Shown one piece after another: positions 1-7,568 of a DNA stretch of 64,000 bases (position 1 is the stretch's first letter; every line of letters starts with the position of its first letter). Under the pieces are notes generated by a model, which saw only the letters and a list, made by a program, of their open reading frames with translations, made no database searches and was not told the origin of the DNA. The translations under genes and the position numbers were made by a program. This DNA is from Nitrosopumilus sp. (lineage in GTDB: Archaea; Thermoproteota; Nitrososphaeria; Nitrososphaerales; Nitrosopumilaceae), in NCBI GenBank assembly GCA_965205215.1, contig OZ242041.1:1408001-1472000 (forward strand). The letters are read 5' to 3'.

Positions 1-429
1 GCCCGTCTTCTCGCCGCCCCAGTTGCGGTACAGCATGTCGTGGTATTCCCAGTATCTGGACTGCTCTGCAGCGCACCTGGAGGCCTCCGCGGCGAGCGCC
101 GAGTCGGGGCCGTTGAGCGCAAAGTCCTTGAATACGAGGCGCACCTTGCCGGTCTCCACGTACGAGTCTTTGATGTGCTGCAGCGTGCCTTCGTGGAACA
201 GGTAGCAGTATGTGCACTGATAGTCGCCCCATTCCACCATGGTAACCTCGGCCGCCGCGTCCCCGAGCGCCGGCGAGCCGCCGGCAGTCAGGACGGACGC
301 AGTAAGGGCGTGACCGGCGCCCGCATCTTGGGCGCCGCCGGCCGGTGACTCGTACGCTTGTGATACAAACGCGCCTAGCGCAATCCCCAGTGTTACGGGT
401 ATTGCGAGGAACATCAGTCCTGTACTCAT
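1..429 (-). CDS. DsbA/thioredoxin-fold oxidoreductase with N-terminal membrane anchor (3' end runs off window)
   Basis: Not in ORF track. Manual translation from ATG at 429: MSTGLMFLAIPVTLGIALGAFV...ALGDAAAEVTMVEWGDYQCTYCYLFH...GKVRLVFKDFALNGPDS; CxxC (CTYC) and DsbA-like context. Confidence 0.88.
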   Translation of the reverse strand, partial: MSTGLMFLAIPVTLGIALGAFVSQAYESPAGGAQDAGAGHALTASVLTAGGSPALGDAAAEVTMVEWGDYQCTYCYLFHEGTLQHIKDSYVETGKVRLVFKDFALNGPDSALAAEASRCAAEQSRYWEYHDMLYRNWGGEKTG

Positions 430-455
430 TGGTGGGCGCGACACGGGGGCGTGAA

Positions 456-686
456 TTAACTGTTTTTGGCTGCATCCCTGTACAGTTCGGTCGCTCTCTT
501 CACTTCCCTCTCTTATCGGGCGCTCGTGTGGTTCGCGCCGGTTGGCGAATCCATGTGGAGAGGTGTACAAGCCTTTGGGTATCTGTTCCAATAGGCAATA
601 TCGGCCTTGTCCAAAAACAGGCGCCGCTCCGGTCCAATAACAGCAAAGTCTAGAAAAGGCGGGAATGGGAGCATTCTTGTGTCCAT
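456..686 (-). pseudogene. Possible small protein interrupted by an in-frame TAA at 513-515
   Basis: ORF MDTRMLPFPPFLDFAVIGPERRLFLDKADIAYWNR... stops at 513 but the same frame continues as EREVKRATELYRDAAKNS* to 456; lies between two co-oriented genes. Confidence 0.25.
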
Positions 687-721
687 CGGCACGTACACGC
701 ACCCCTGTCATACGTGCAGGA

Positions 722-1348
722 TCAGGCCAGGGTGCGCAGCGCGGAGTTTTTGGCTGCAAGCTCTGCGGCAAACGGATCAGGCCCTGACGCGATTATTACA
801 ACATCGCCTTCTTGAGGGCCAAGGGAGCCAAGGGTGCGGTGCAGCCCTGCATGGAGCTCAAGCGTACCAGTCTGCTCTCCGGGAAATGAAAAACTGCCAT
901 TGCAAAAGACAAGCGTCAGTACGACAGAGGCGCCGTACATGATTGCAAAATCTCTCTGCTCAATGCCGGTCCGGACCAGTGAGGCACACCCCCGTACCAG
1001 GACGGCATGCCCATGCAAGTCTCCTAGGATCGCGGACTTTACGGGTACCTCGCACGAGATGACGGCGGCAAGGGATTTTGCCAGTACTGTGCCGTCGGGA
1101 GTAAGGTATGTGCCAGAGCGGATCGAGTCTGCCAATCCGCGTGCCTTGAGCCGTCGTATCATTGTCTTTACCGCGCCCTCGCCAAGATGAAGGGCACCAC
1201 AAAAGGAATTGCGGCTTACAAATCGGTCCTGCTGTAACAGTTGCAGTGCCTTGAAGACGTGCGGCACGCCAAATGTGAGCGGCCTAGTCTGGCCTTTTGC
1301 AGACGCGATATCCTCCAACTGTTTGACATGCTCTGGGTTCTGGGCCAT
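722..1348 (-). CDS. Winged-helix DNA-binding protein (DUF4443-like), probable transcription regulator
   Basis: HTH-like segment SRNSFCGALHLGEGAVKTMIRRLKARGL plus C-terminal GIEQRDFAIMYGA domain; likely start MAQNPEH at 1348 rather than the track's 1579. Confidence 0.75.
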   Translation of the reverse strand: MAQNPEHVKQLEDIASAKGQTRPLTFGVPHVFKALQLLQQDRFVSRNSFCGALHLGEGAVKTMIRRLKARGLADSIRSGTYLTPDGTVLAKSLAAVISCEVPVKSAILGDLHGHAVLVRGCASLVRTGIEQRDFAIMYGASVVLTLVFCNGSFSFPGEQTGTLELHAGLHRTLGSLGPQEGDVVIIASGPDPFAAELAAKNSALRTLA

Positions 1349-1354
1349 CTTTGA

Positions 1355-1390
1355 TTTATAAATTGGATGTTGTATCCAAGGCTTTAAATA
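1355..1390. promoter_or_regulatory. Divergent promoter region with palindromic operator TTGGAT-N5-ATCCAA
   Basis: TTTATAAA 1355-1362 and TTTAAATA 1383-1390 flank a perfect 6-5-6 inverted repeat at 1363-1379. Confidence 0.6.
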
Positions 1391-1412
1391 AGTTCCGTAC
1401 AGGGTCGTGCAT

Positions 1413-1568
1413 ATGTCTGGAACCAAAGCAGCAACGACATTCGCGTGTACGGTGTCAAAGTCTGTACCGGTTGCGCTAGCAAGCAACCGTTCGGCCCGTC
1501 TCGGGTTCGGGCACGGATTTGGCCATCCGTTTTGCGGCGTAGGCATAGGGGGCGAACGGTTGCTATGA
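1413..1568 (+). CDS. Putative 51-aa leader peptide/uORF of cbtBA
   Basis: ATG 22 nt after the TATA box; MSGTKAATTFACTVSKSVPVALASNRSARLGFGHGFGHPFCGVGIGGERLL*; its TGA overlaps the cbtB ATG (ATGA). Confidence 0.45.
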   Translation: MSGTKAATTFACTVSKSVPVALASNRSARLGFGHGFGHPFCGVGIGGERLL

Positions 1569-1777
1569 GACAAGAGCAAATAACAAGTACGGCCAGCAAG
1601 CCTCCGGTGCTTGCAATTGCACTGCTTGCTGTCGTCTTTGCGTTCGGCCTATTCGTCGTAGGATTTGACCAAGGACATCTCTTTAGCATAGTCCAGGGGG
1701 CAGAGGCTTTTGATGAGCTCTACCTTCACGAGCTGACCCACGATATGCGACATGCGGCCGGGTTCCCTTGTCATTAG
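1565..1777 (+). CDS. cbtB: Cobalt transporter small subunit CbtB
   Basis: One TM helix followed by the diagnostic C-terminus LHELTHDMRHAAGFPCH. Confidence 0.92.
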   Translation: MRQEQITSTASKPPVLAIALLAVVFAFGLFVVGFDQGHLFSIVQGAEAFDELYLHELTHDMRHAAGFPCH

Positions 1778-1787
1778 GTGGAAGACC

Positions 1788-2525
1788 GTGAAGGCTCTTC
1801 TTTTTGTCTTCATTGTATTGGTTTCTGGGGCACTGGCCGGAACAATTCACGGGATAGCAAACCTTGCAATAGTGGAGCCGTATCTTGACGAGGCCATAGG
1901 AATTGAAAACCAGAATCTCTTTACGTCAGGCGAGGAGGAAGACACGCCCGAATTTTGGACGTCGTACAACGCATATCGCGACTGGCAAAAGGGCGGGCAG
2001 GTTTTGGCCGGCGCAATACTGGGCACGTCCATAGGCGCCCTGTTTGGGATAGTCTATGCGTTCTCAAGACGGGCACTGCCTGGAGATACGGATGTAAAGA
2101 AGGCAGTCCTGCTTGCCGGAATTATGTGGTGCACGCTATATCTGATTCCCTTCCTAAAGTACCCTGCAAACCCCCCGACTGTCGGAGACGGGGAGACTGT
2201 GGTCCTGAGGGCGGTCCTGTACCTGTCTTTTATTGCAATCTCGGGATTTGGCGCAGTGGGATTCTATCAAGTGTACAGGCGCCTGCGACAAAACACCCGG
2301 GTACTGGCATTTGTAGGATACGCAGCATTCATCGGGACGGTGTTTGTCTTAATGCCCGACAACCCCGACGAAGTGACGGCCCCGATGGATTTGGTAAACG
2401 GGTTCAGGGCGGCATCCGTGGTGGCAGTAACCATCTTTTGGGCATCTGCGGCGGTAATTTTGGGCATGTTGTGGCACAGACTACGGCCCGATTCTGAGAT
2501 ATTCTCAAAAAGCCAGAGTGGATGA
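1788..2525 (+). CDS. cbtA: Cobalt transporter subunit CbtA
   Basis: Multi-TM protein with EPYLDEAIGIE and LKYPANPPTVG motifs, directly after cbtB; GTG start at 1788. Confidence 0.92.
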   Translation: MKALLFVFIVLVSGALAGTIHGIANLAIVEPYLDEAIGIENQNLFTSGEEEDTPEFWTSYNAYRDWQKGGQVLAGAILGTSIGALFGIVYAFSRRALPGDTDVKKAVLLAGIMWCTLYLIPFLKYPANPPTVGDGETVVLRAVLYLSFIAISGFGAVGFYQVYRRLRQNTRVLAFVGYAAFIGTVFVLMPDNPDEVTAPMDLVNGFRAASVVAVTIFWASAAVILGMLWHRLRPDSEIFSKSQSG

Positions 2526-2913
2526 TTCGCTCCGGCCCGTGGTGCGGCAAGCCTGTGCACAGTTCTGTGCTAGGGCCAAAGTAACCGCGTAACCCCGCAC
2601 AAGGCGGCTCGGGGCCAGGCAATCGGTGCTGGCAGGTGCGGCGCGCTATGCGGCGTTCGCGGACGTATTGCTGTTTGCAATGCCACAGAATCCGGATCCA
2701 GAGCCGGGCCTAGACGGCGCCCCGCTTGACGGGTTCAGGGCCGCGCCGATCGCGTCCGCGGCGTCCTTCTGGGCCGCGGCGTGCATGACGCCGGGAACAC
2801 TGTGGCCTCTCCGCAACCGCTGGGCGCCCGTGCAATCCAGTTGAAATATTGATTCTGATTCCATATATTGAGAATTGGACAATCCGCTTAAATAGATTCC
2901 ACACCATGCATAC

Positions 2914-3243
2914 GTGTTGCCAAAATTCACCCTGCCGCAGCTGAAAAAGTACGACGTAAACCAGAAGGTGATTCTGGCGCTCGCCGACGCCGAGTCGAGG
3001 GCCATCCTGTTCTCCATAACCAAAAAGTCAAAGTCCGCGCCGGAGCTTGCGGGCCGGCTGCGCATACCGCTCAGCTCCGTCTACAAAAAGCTGTCCGAGC
3101 TGCAGGCCCTGACGCTGATCGAGGTTGAAAGGACCGTCCTGTCTGACAGGGGCAGGCGGCTGAAGATGTACCGCAGCCGGATCAAGAGGGCCGACATATC
3201 CATAGGCAAGCCCGAGCCCGTGCTTACCCTGGTGCCCAACTAG
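2914..3243 (+). CDS. ArsR-like winged-helix transcription regulator
   Basis: ALADAESRAIL...KSAPELAGRLRIPLSSVYKKLSELQ...GRRLKMYRS. Confidence 0.85.
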   Translation: MLPKFTLPQLKKYDVNQKVILALADAESRAILFSITKKSKSAPELAGRLRIPLSSVYKKLSELQALTLIEVERTVLSDRGRRLKMYRSRIKRADISIGKPEPVLTLVPN

Positions 3244-3254
3244 GTGCGTGAGAA

Positions 3255-3608
3255 TTGTCAAAGCCCGGAATCATAGAGCTCTCCGAAGTGGACGTCACGC
3301 AGAAGATGATGGAGGCGCTCAGCAACGTCTGCATAAGGTCCGTGCTGTTTGCGGTCCGGGAGCGCTCAAAGGACGCGGCCGAGGTGGCCCGCGAGCTGAA
3401 CCTGTCCGCGTCGACTGTGTACAAGTCGTTTGCGACGCTCGAGTACCTGGCCCTGGCCGAGGTCGACAGGTTTGACATATCGCCGGAGGGAAAGAAGATC
3501 AAGATGTACCGCAGCCGCATAGGCAAGGTGGAGATAACCATAGACGGCCACGAGCCCGTCCTCAACATATACCCGAACACCTCAAACCCAAAGCAAAAGT
3601 CCGGTTAG
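3255..3608 (+). CDS. ArsR-like winged-helix transcription regulator (paralogue of upstream gene)
   Basis: KDAAEVARELNLSASTVYKSFATLE...GKKIKMYRSRI; shares KMYRSRI and EPVL motifs with 2914..3243. Confidence 0.85.
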   Translation: MSKPGIIELSEVDVTQKMMEALSNVCIRSVLFAVRERSKDAAEVARELNLSASTVYKSFATLEYLALAEVDRFDISPEGKKIKMYRSRIGKVEITIDGHEPVLNIYPNTSNPKQKSG

Positions 3609-3627
3609 TGGCGGCAGCGGCAGAATA

Positions 3628-3653
3628 GTCGCCGTCGCCGTCGCCGTCGCCGT
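3628..3653 (+). repeat. (GTCGCC)n microsatellite
   Basis: About four copies of GTCGCC between convergent genes. Confidence 0.7.
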
Positions 3654-3655
3654 TG

Positions 3656-4696
3656 TCACGTGGTCACGTCGCCGAGCCTGCCTGCCTCCGACGCCTGCCT
3701 TATCTCGCGGGCTATGCGCCTTCCCATGCTCATGGGCTCGCCGTACAGGAGTGAGTAGTAGGGCGAGCCGTCCATGTAGATGTTGGTGCCTGCCACTATC
3801 CTTGCCGAGAACTCAAAGGACGTGAATTTCGCGTCCTCGTCGTATACGCCCTCGATGCAGAACGGCCCGTTCATCCCGGGCGGCACCGCGTCGCGCGAGG
3901 CGCTTACAAACCTCTCGCCCATGGCGTACGCCTCCTCGAGCAGGGACTCGCGTAGCACGATCGGCGTGTTTCCTATCACGTTGAATGATGGCACGTCGGA
4001 GACGCCTCCAGCAAGCTGCTCTTTTGCGGGGACCCGGGCCAGCCCCTCTATGTCCGACTCGTGCCTCTGGTCGGCCCCGAAGAACTCTATGTCGCCGCGC
4101 AGGGGCGAGTAAAAGAACTGCAGGTATGCAAGCACCCCCGACGCGTACCTCTGTATGTAGAGCGGCTCGTCTGCTGATATGGTGCCGCTCTTGACAAGCG
4201 TGTCGCGCTTTGCACTGTAGTCGTCCGCGCTTGCCGCGATAAAGTATCCCTTGCCGCCCGCGGCTCCCTGCCGCTTTACTATTGCCGCCCCGTCGATGTC
4301 CTCGGGGGTGGATATGGGGTCCGGCATCCTCAGGTCGGCCCTTCGCATGAGCTCCTCCTTCATGGAGCGGTCCGATTCCCACCGCAGAATCCACTTGTTT
4401 CCGAACACGGGCGTCTTGATGGACTCTATCTCGTCTGAGCTCATCTGCGCGATCAGGGTGCCGTGGGGAATCAGCACCGCGTTGGATTCCCGCAGTCGGT
4501 CTTGGCAGGGCTCGGCAAGTATCTCTCGAAACGAGTCGACTGTGATCATGTCGTCTATGAACGGGAACCTTCTGTAGAGGCGCTCGCGCCTCTTTTCGCA
4601 CACGAGGACGGTCCTGAGCCCCTCGTCGCTTGCGCCCTTTAGCACCTGCAGCGCGCAGTGCGAGCCCAGGGTTGCCACGGAGACGGGCTCTGCCAT
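3656..4696 (-). CDS. purP: PurP-family ATP-grasp formate ligase (FAICAR synthase-like), copy 1
   Basis: TLGSHCALQVLKGASDEG, GNTPIVLRESLL, GPFCIE, FEFSARIVAGTN, MSMGRRIAREI. Confidence 0.9.
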   Translation of the reverse strand: MAEPVSVATLGSHCALQVLKGASDEGLRTVLVCEKRRERLYRRFPFIDDMITVDSFREILAEPCQDRLRESNAVLIPHGTLIAQMSSDEIESIKTPVFGNKWILRWESDRSMKEELMRRADLRMPDPISTPEDIDGAAIVKRQGAAGGKGYFIAASADDYSAKRDTLVKSGTISADEPLYIQRYASGVLAYLQFFYSPLRGDIEFFGADQRHESDIEGLARVPAKEQLAGGVSDVPSFNVIGNTPIVLRESLLEEAYAMGERFVSASRDAVPPGMNGPFCIEGVYDEDAKFTSFEFSARIVAGTNIYMDGSPYYSLLYGEPMSMGRRIAREIRQASEAGRLGDVTT

Positions 4697-4718
4697 GAGC
4701 GCGGTGCGCCTGCATGTC

Positions 4719-4925
4719 TTATGAATTGTGGGCTAGCGTTACGGACTCGAATACCTCGTCTATCATGTCGGACGTCATGCCGTCCCTGTGCGCGGCCGGA
4801 ACCGCATCGAGCACGAATCCGTACATGTTGCTCCCGTCCGGCAGCTCGCCGCGCTCGCTGAGTATGGAGTATACCGCTATTGCGTTTGCGACCAGGGCTA
4901 TCGTGGTTTCGCGATCAGTCAGCAT
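4719..4925 (-). CDS. Small hypothetical protein
   Basis: 68-aa ORF with protein-like composition, co-oriented just upstream of purP. Confidence 0.7.
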   Translation of the reverse strand: MLTDRETTIALVANAIAVYSILSERGELPDGSNMYGFVLDAVPAAHRDGMTSDMIDEVFESVTLAHNS

Positions 4926-5026
4926 GCGGGGGCTCTGGCACCGCGTAATTTAATCAGATCGCGGCATGTGGCTTGCGTGCAGTACGGAGGTGACGCCGTC
5001 ACAGTTGTTGCTGCTGCTACCGGCGA

Positions 5027-5245
5027 TCATAGCGCCGCGCCGGCGCCGCGCTCGCCCAGATCTGGCGCGTGGAGCGCGTGGACTGCGCCATGGCCGGCAT
5101 GGTGCGGTGTTGAGAGGGCCTGCGGCGCGTGGGGCATCTCCACGTCGTGACTCTCAAAGTTGCCCGGGTCCTGCGAGTAGTGATAGCCTACGTATGCGCC
5201 TGCGATGATAAAGGTGGCGATGACCAAGCCGATAAGCACGTCCAA
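5027..5245 (-). CDS. Small His-rich single-pass membrane protein
   Basis: TTG start ~25 nt after TTATAA (5271-5276); MDVLIGLVIATFIIAGAYVGYHY TM then His-rich tail. Confidence 0.6.
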   Translation of the reverse strand: MDVLIGLVIATFIIAGAYVGYHYSQDPGNFESHDVEMPHAPQALSTPHHAGHGAVHALHAPDLGERGAGAAL

Positions 5246-5485
5246 TACGCCGTTGCTGCGGAGGTGCTCATTATAAGGATTCGCGCACGGCGGCGTGGCG
5301 CAGCATGCCGTAACGTGGTGCCGCGGGCCGGCGATCCCGCCCGCGCCGGACGGGTGGGCGGACTTGCGTTTTTTGAACGCGCGCAGTCCTGCGGCCTGCA
5401 GGCCGCCTCCCTGCGCCGAAGCACGGTCTGGGCGCATCCCCCCGCCGTGACAAAAACTAATTAGCTCTCGTGCCGCACGCACGAC

Positions 5486-6847
5486 ATGGCGATCTCAAGT
5501 GATCTCGGAGGCCTGAGGCGCACGCACTACTCCTCGGATCTTTCAGAGGAAATGGACGGGCAGGACGTGACCGTCATGGGGTGGCTTTTGACCGTCCGCG
5601 GGCACGGCGGCATCACGTTTGCGACCATATGCGACAGGGACGGGGAGGTCCCGATAGTCGCAAAAAAGGGAGGGGAGTGCCCCGACGAGGTGCGCGAGGC
5701 ACTGTCGTCGCTCAAGGCGCACTCCTCCGTGGCCGTCCGCGGGACACTGAGGGCCTCACCAAGGGCGCCCCGCGGCTTTGAGGTCGTCCCTGCAGAGCTC
5801 CGAATATTCTCAAGCGTGCAGAAGATACCTCCGTTTGAGCCCGTCGCAAAGACCGTCAAGAACATCGACACCCGGCTGGAGGCCAGGCCCATAGACCTGC
5901 GCAGGTCCGTGCTGCAGCACACCTTCAAGATGCGCAGCCGCATACTGCGCGCCGTCCGGGACTATTTTGAGCGCGAGGGGTTCATAGAGATAAACACCCC
6001 CAAGATAATATCGAGCGCGACGGAGGGCGGGGCCGCACTCTTCTCGATATTCTATTATGACAAGCCCGCGTTTTTGGCGCAGAGCCCGCAGCTTTACAAG
6101 GAGCAGCTCACAATGAGCTTTGAGAAGGTGTTTGAAATCGCCCCGATATTCAGGGCCGAGGCCTCCCGGACGCCGCGCCACCTCTCTGAGGCGATATCCA
6201 TAGACCTGGAGGAGGCGTTTGTGGACTACAACGATGTGATGGACCGTATAGCGTCCCTGATAAGGGCGTCTGCGGACGCCGCGCGCTCATACCTGGAGGG
6301 GGCCAAGAAGATCGCGGACGGGGATGTCCCCATCGAGGTCCCCGAGGTTTCTGATTCCATACCGCGCCACACGTACAGCAGCTTGGTCGACAGGCTGCAG
6401 GATGCCGGGGCAAAGACGCAGTGGGGCGACGATCTCTACCCGTCCGACCTCAAAAGGCTCGGACTGGACGGGTTCTATTTTATCGTGGACTGGCCGCTCG
6501 GACCGAAGCCGTTTTACGTAAAAGAGTCCGAAGGGGAAGCCGGCGGCGCCGGTGACAAACAGCAACAGCAGCGCATCTCCGAGTCGTTTGATCTGATGTA
6601 CGGTGAGCTGGAGATATCCTCTGGCAGCACGCGTATCGGGAGGCGGGATGACCTGGAGTCGCGCATGAGGGCAAAGGGCATGAACGTCGACTCTTTCGGG
6701 TACCATCTGGGCGCGTTCGACTACGGCGTGCCCCCCCACGCGGGATGCGGCATCGGGCTTGAGAGGCTCCTCATGGCGCTCACGGGAACCGCTAACATCA
6801 GGGATGCGACGTTTTACCCGCGGGACGTCGACCGGCTCGTGCCGTGA
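5486..6847 (+). CDS. aspS: Aspartate--tRNA(Asp/Asn) ligase, archaeal type
   Basis: OB-fold N-terminus, LAQSPQLYKE, FRAE, PPHAGCGIGLERL; clustered with gatCAB, so probably non-discriminating. Confidence 0.95.
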   Translation: MAISSDLGGLRRTHYSSDLSEEMDGQDVTVMGWLLTVRGHGGITFATICDRDGEVPIVAKKGGECPDEVREALSSLKAHSSVAVRGTLRASPRAPRGFEVVPAELRIFSSVQKIPPFEPVAKTVKNIDTRLEARPIDLRRSVLQHTFKMRSRILRAVRDYFEREGFIEINTPKIISSATEGGAALFSIFYYDKPAFLAQSPQLYKEQLTMSFEKVFEIAPIFRAEASRTPRHLSEAISIDLEEAFVDYNDVMDRIASLIRASADAARSYLEGAKKIADGDVPIEVPEVSDSIPRHTYSSLVDRLQDAGAKTQWGDDLYPSDLKRLGLDGFYFIVDWPLGPKPFYVKESEGEAGGAGDKQQQQRISESFDLMYGELEISSGSTRIGRRDDLESRMRAKGMNVDSFGYHLGAFDYGVPPHAGCGIGLERLLMALTGTANIRDATFYPRDVDRLVP

Positions 6848-7015
6848 ACTGGGATGGTTTGAGGGGATGGCTATGTGGATTACGGCGGCGTCCGGCATGC
6901 AGCGCGCCGCGATGTTTGAAGTTACGGCGGCAGCGCCGGCTCGTGACGATCCGGGTGACACGGCGCCTGGGGGAACCGGCGCCCCCGAGACGCGCATGCG
7001 GGGGGCGTCATAGGG

Positions 7016-7231
7016 ATGGAACTGGCGTCGCGGCGGCTGCCTCTGATGATAATAGGCGTGCTGCTTGCCATACTCGTGGTGCAATACGTGGCAAACACGT
7101 CTGATGGGCCCGCCACCAAACTGATTGATCCTGCCACCTGCCAGATCTACGAGCCCACCCCGGGGGGCGGCAAGTCATACCTGGACGAGTTTGACCAAAA
7201 GTGCCTTGACCTGCGGGCCCTTGCCCCGTAG
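7016..7231 (+). CDS. Small membrane-anchored hypothetical protein with two Cys
   Basis: TM LPLMIIGVLLAILVVQYVA followed by DPATCQIY...DQKCLDL. Confidence 0.7.
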   Translation: MELASRRLPLMIIGVLLAILVVQYVANTSDGPATKLIDPATCQIYEPTPGGGKSYLDEFDQKCLDLRALAP

Positions 7232-7291
7232 GCCCCGGCACGCATGCCGCCAAGATTAATAACGACTCTGGTCATACCACAGTCCGGATTG

Positions 7292-7552
7292 GTGACAGAG
7301 GAGGAGATAGAGTCCGTCTCGAAGCTTGTAAGGATAAAGGTGGCCGACCACCGGGAGCACATTGAAAAGGTGCGTGACATGATAAACTTCTTTGAGATGC
7401 TCGACTCGGCCGGAGTCGAGGACGACGAGCTTGTGATGGACGACGTGCCCGTGTCGCGGCTGCGCGAGGACGCGCACGAGTCCTTTGGCGGGCTTTCTGG
7501 CTATGTCAGGGAGTACCGGGACGGCTACGTCAGGGTGCCGAAGATGGATTGA
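7292..7552 (+). CDS. gatC: Asp/Glu-tRNA amidotransferase subunit C
   Basis: VTEEEIESVSKLVRI...LREDAHE...GYVRVPKM; directly upstream of gatA. Confidence 0.85.
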   Translation: MTEEEIESVSKLVRIKVADHREHIEKVRDMINFFEMLDSAGVEDDELVMDDVPVSRLREDAHESFGGLSGYVREYRDGYVRVPKMD

Positions 7553-7568
7553 CGGGAGGCCGCGCGCG

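Noticed and set aside
1390-1565. Canonical cobalamin riboswitch upstream of cbtB
   Set aside because: No recognisable B12 box or conserved GGGAA...GCCACTG core; the structure is reported as a novel candidate instead
1349-1579. N-terminal extensions in the ORF track (also for ilvC, msrA, HD hydrolase, SHOCT and PPOX genes)
   Set aside because: They cross TATA boxes or neighbouring genes; downstream starts fit the family N-termini better
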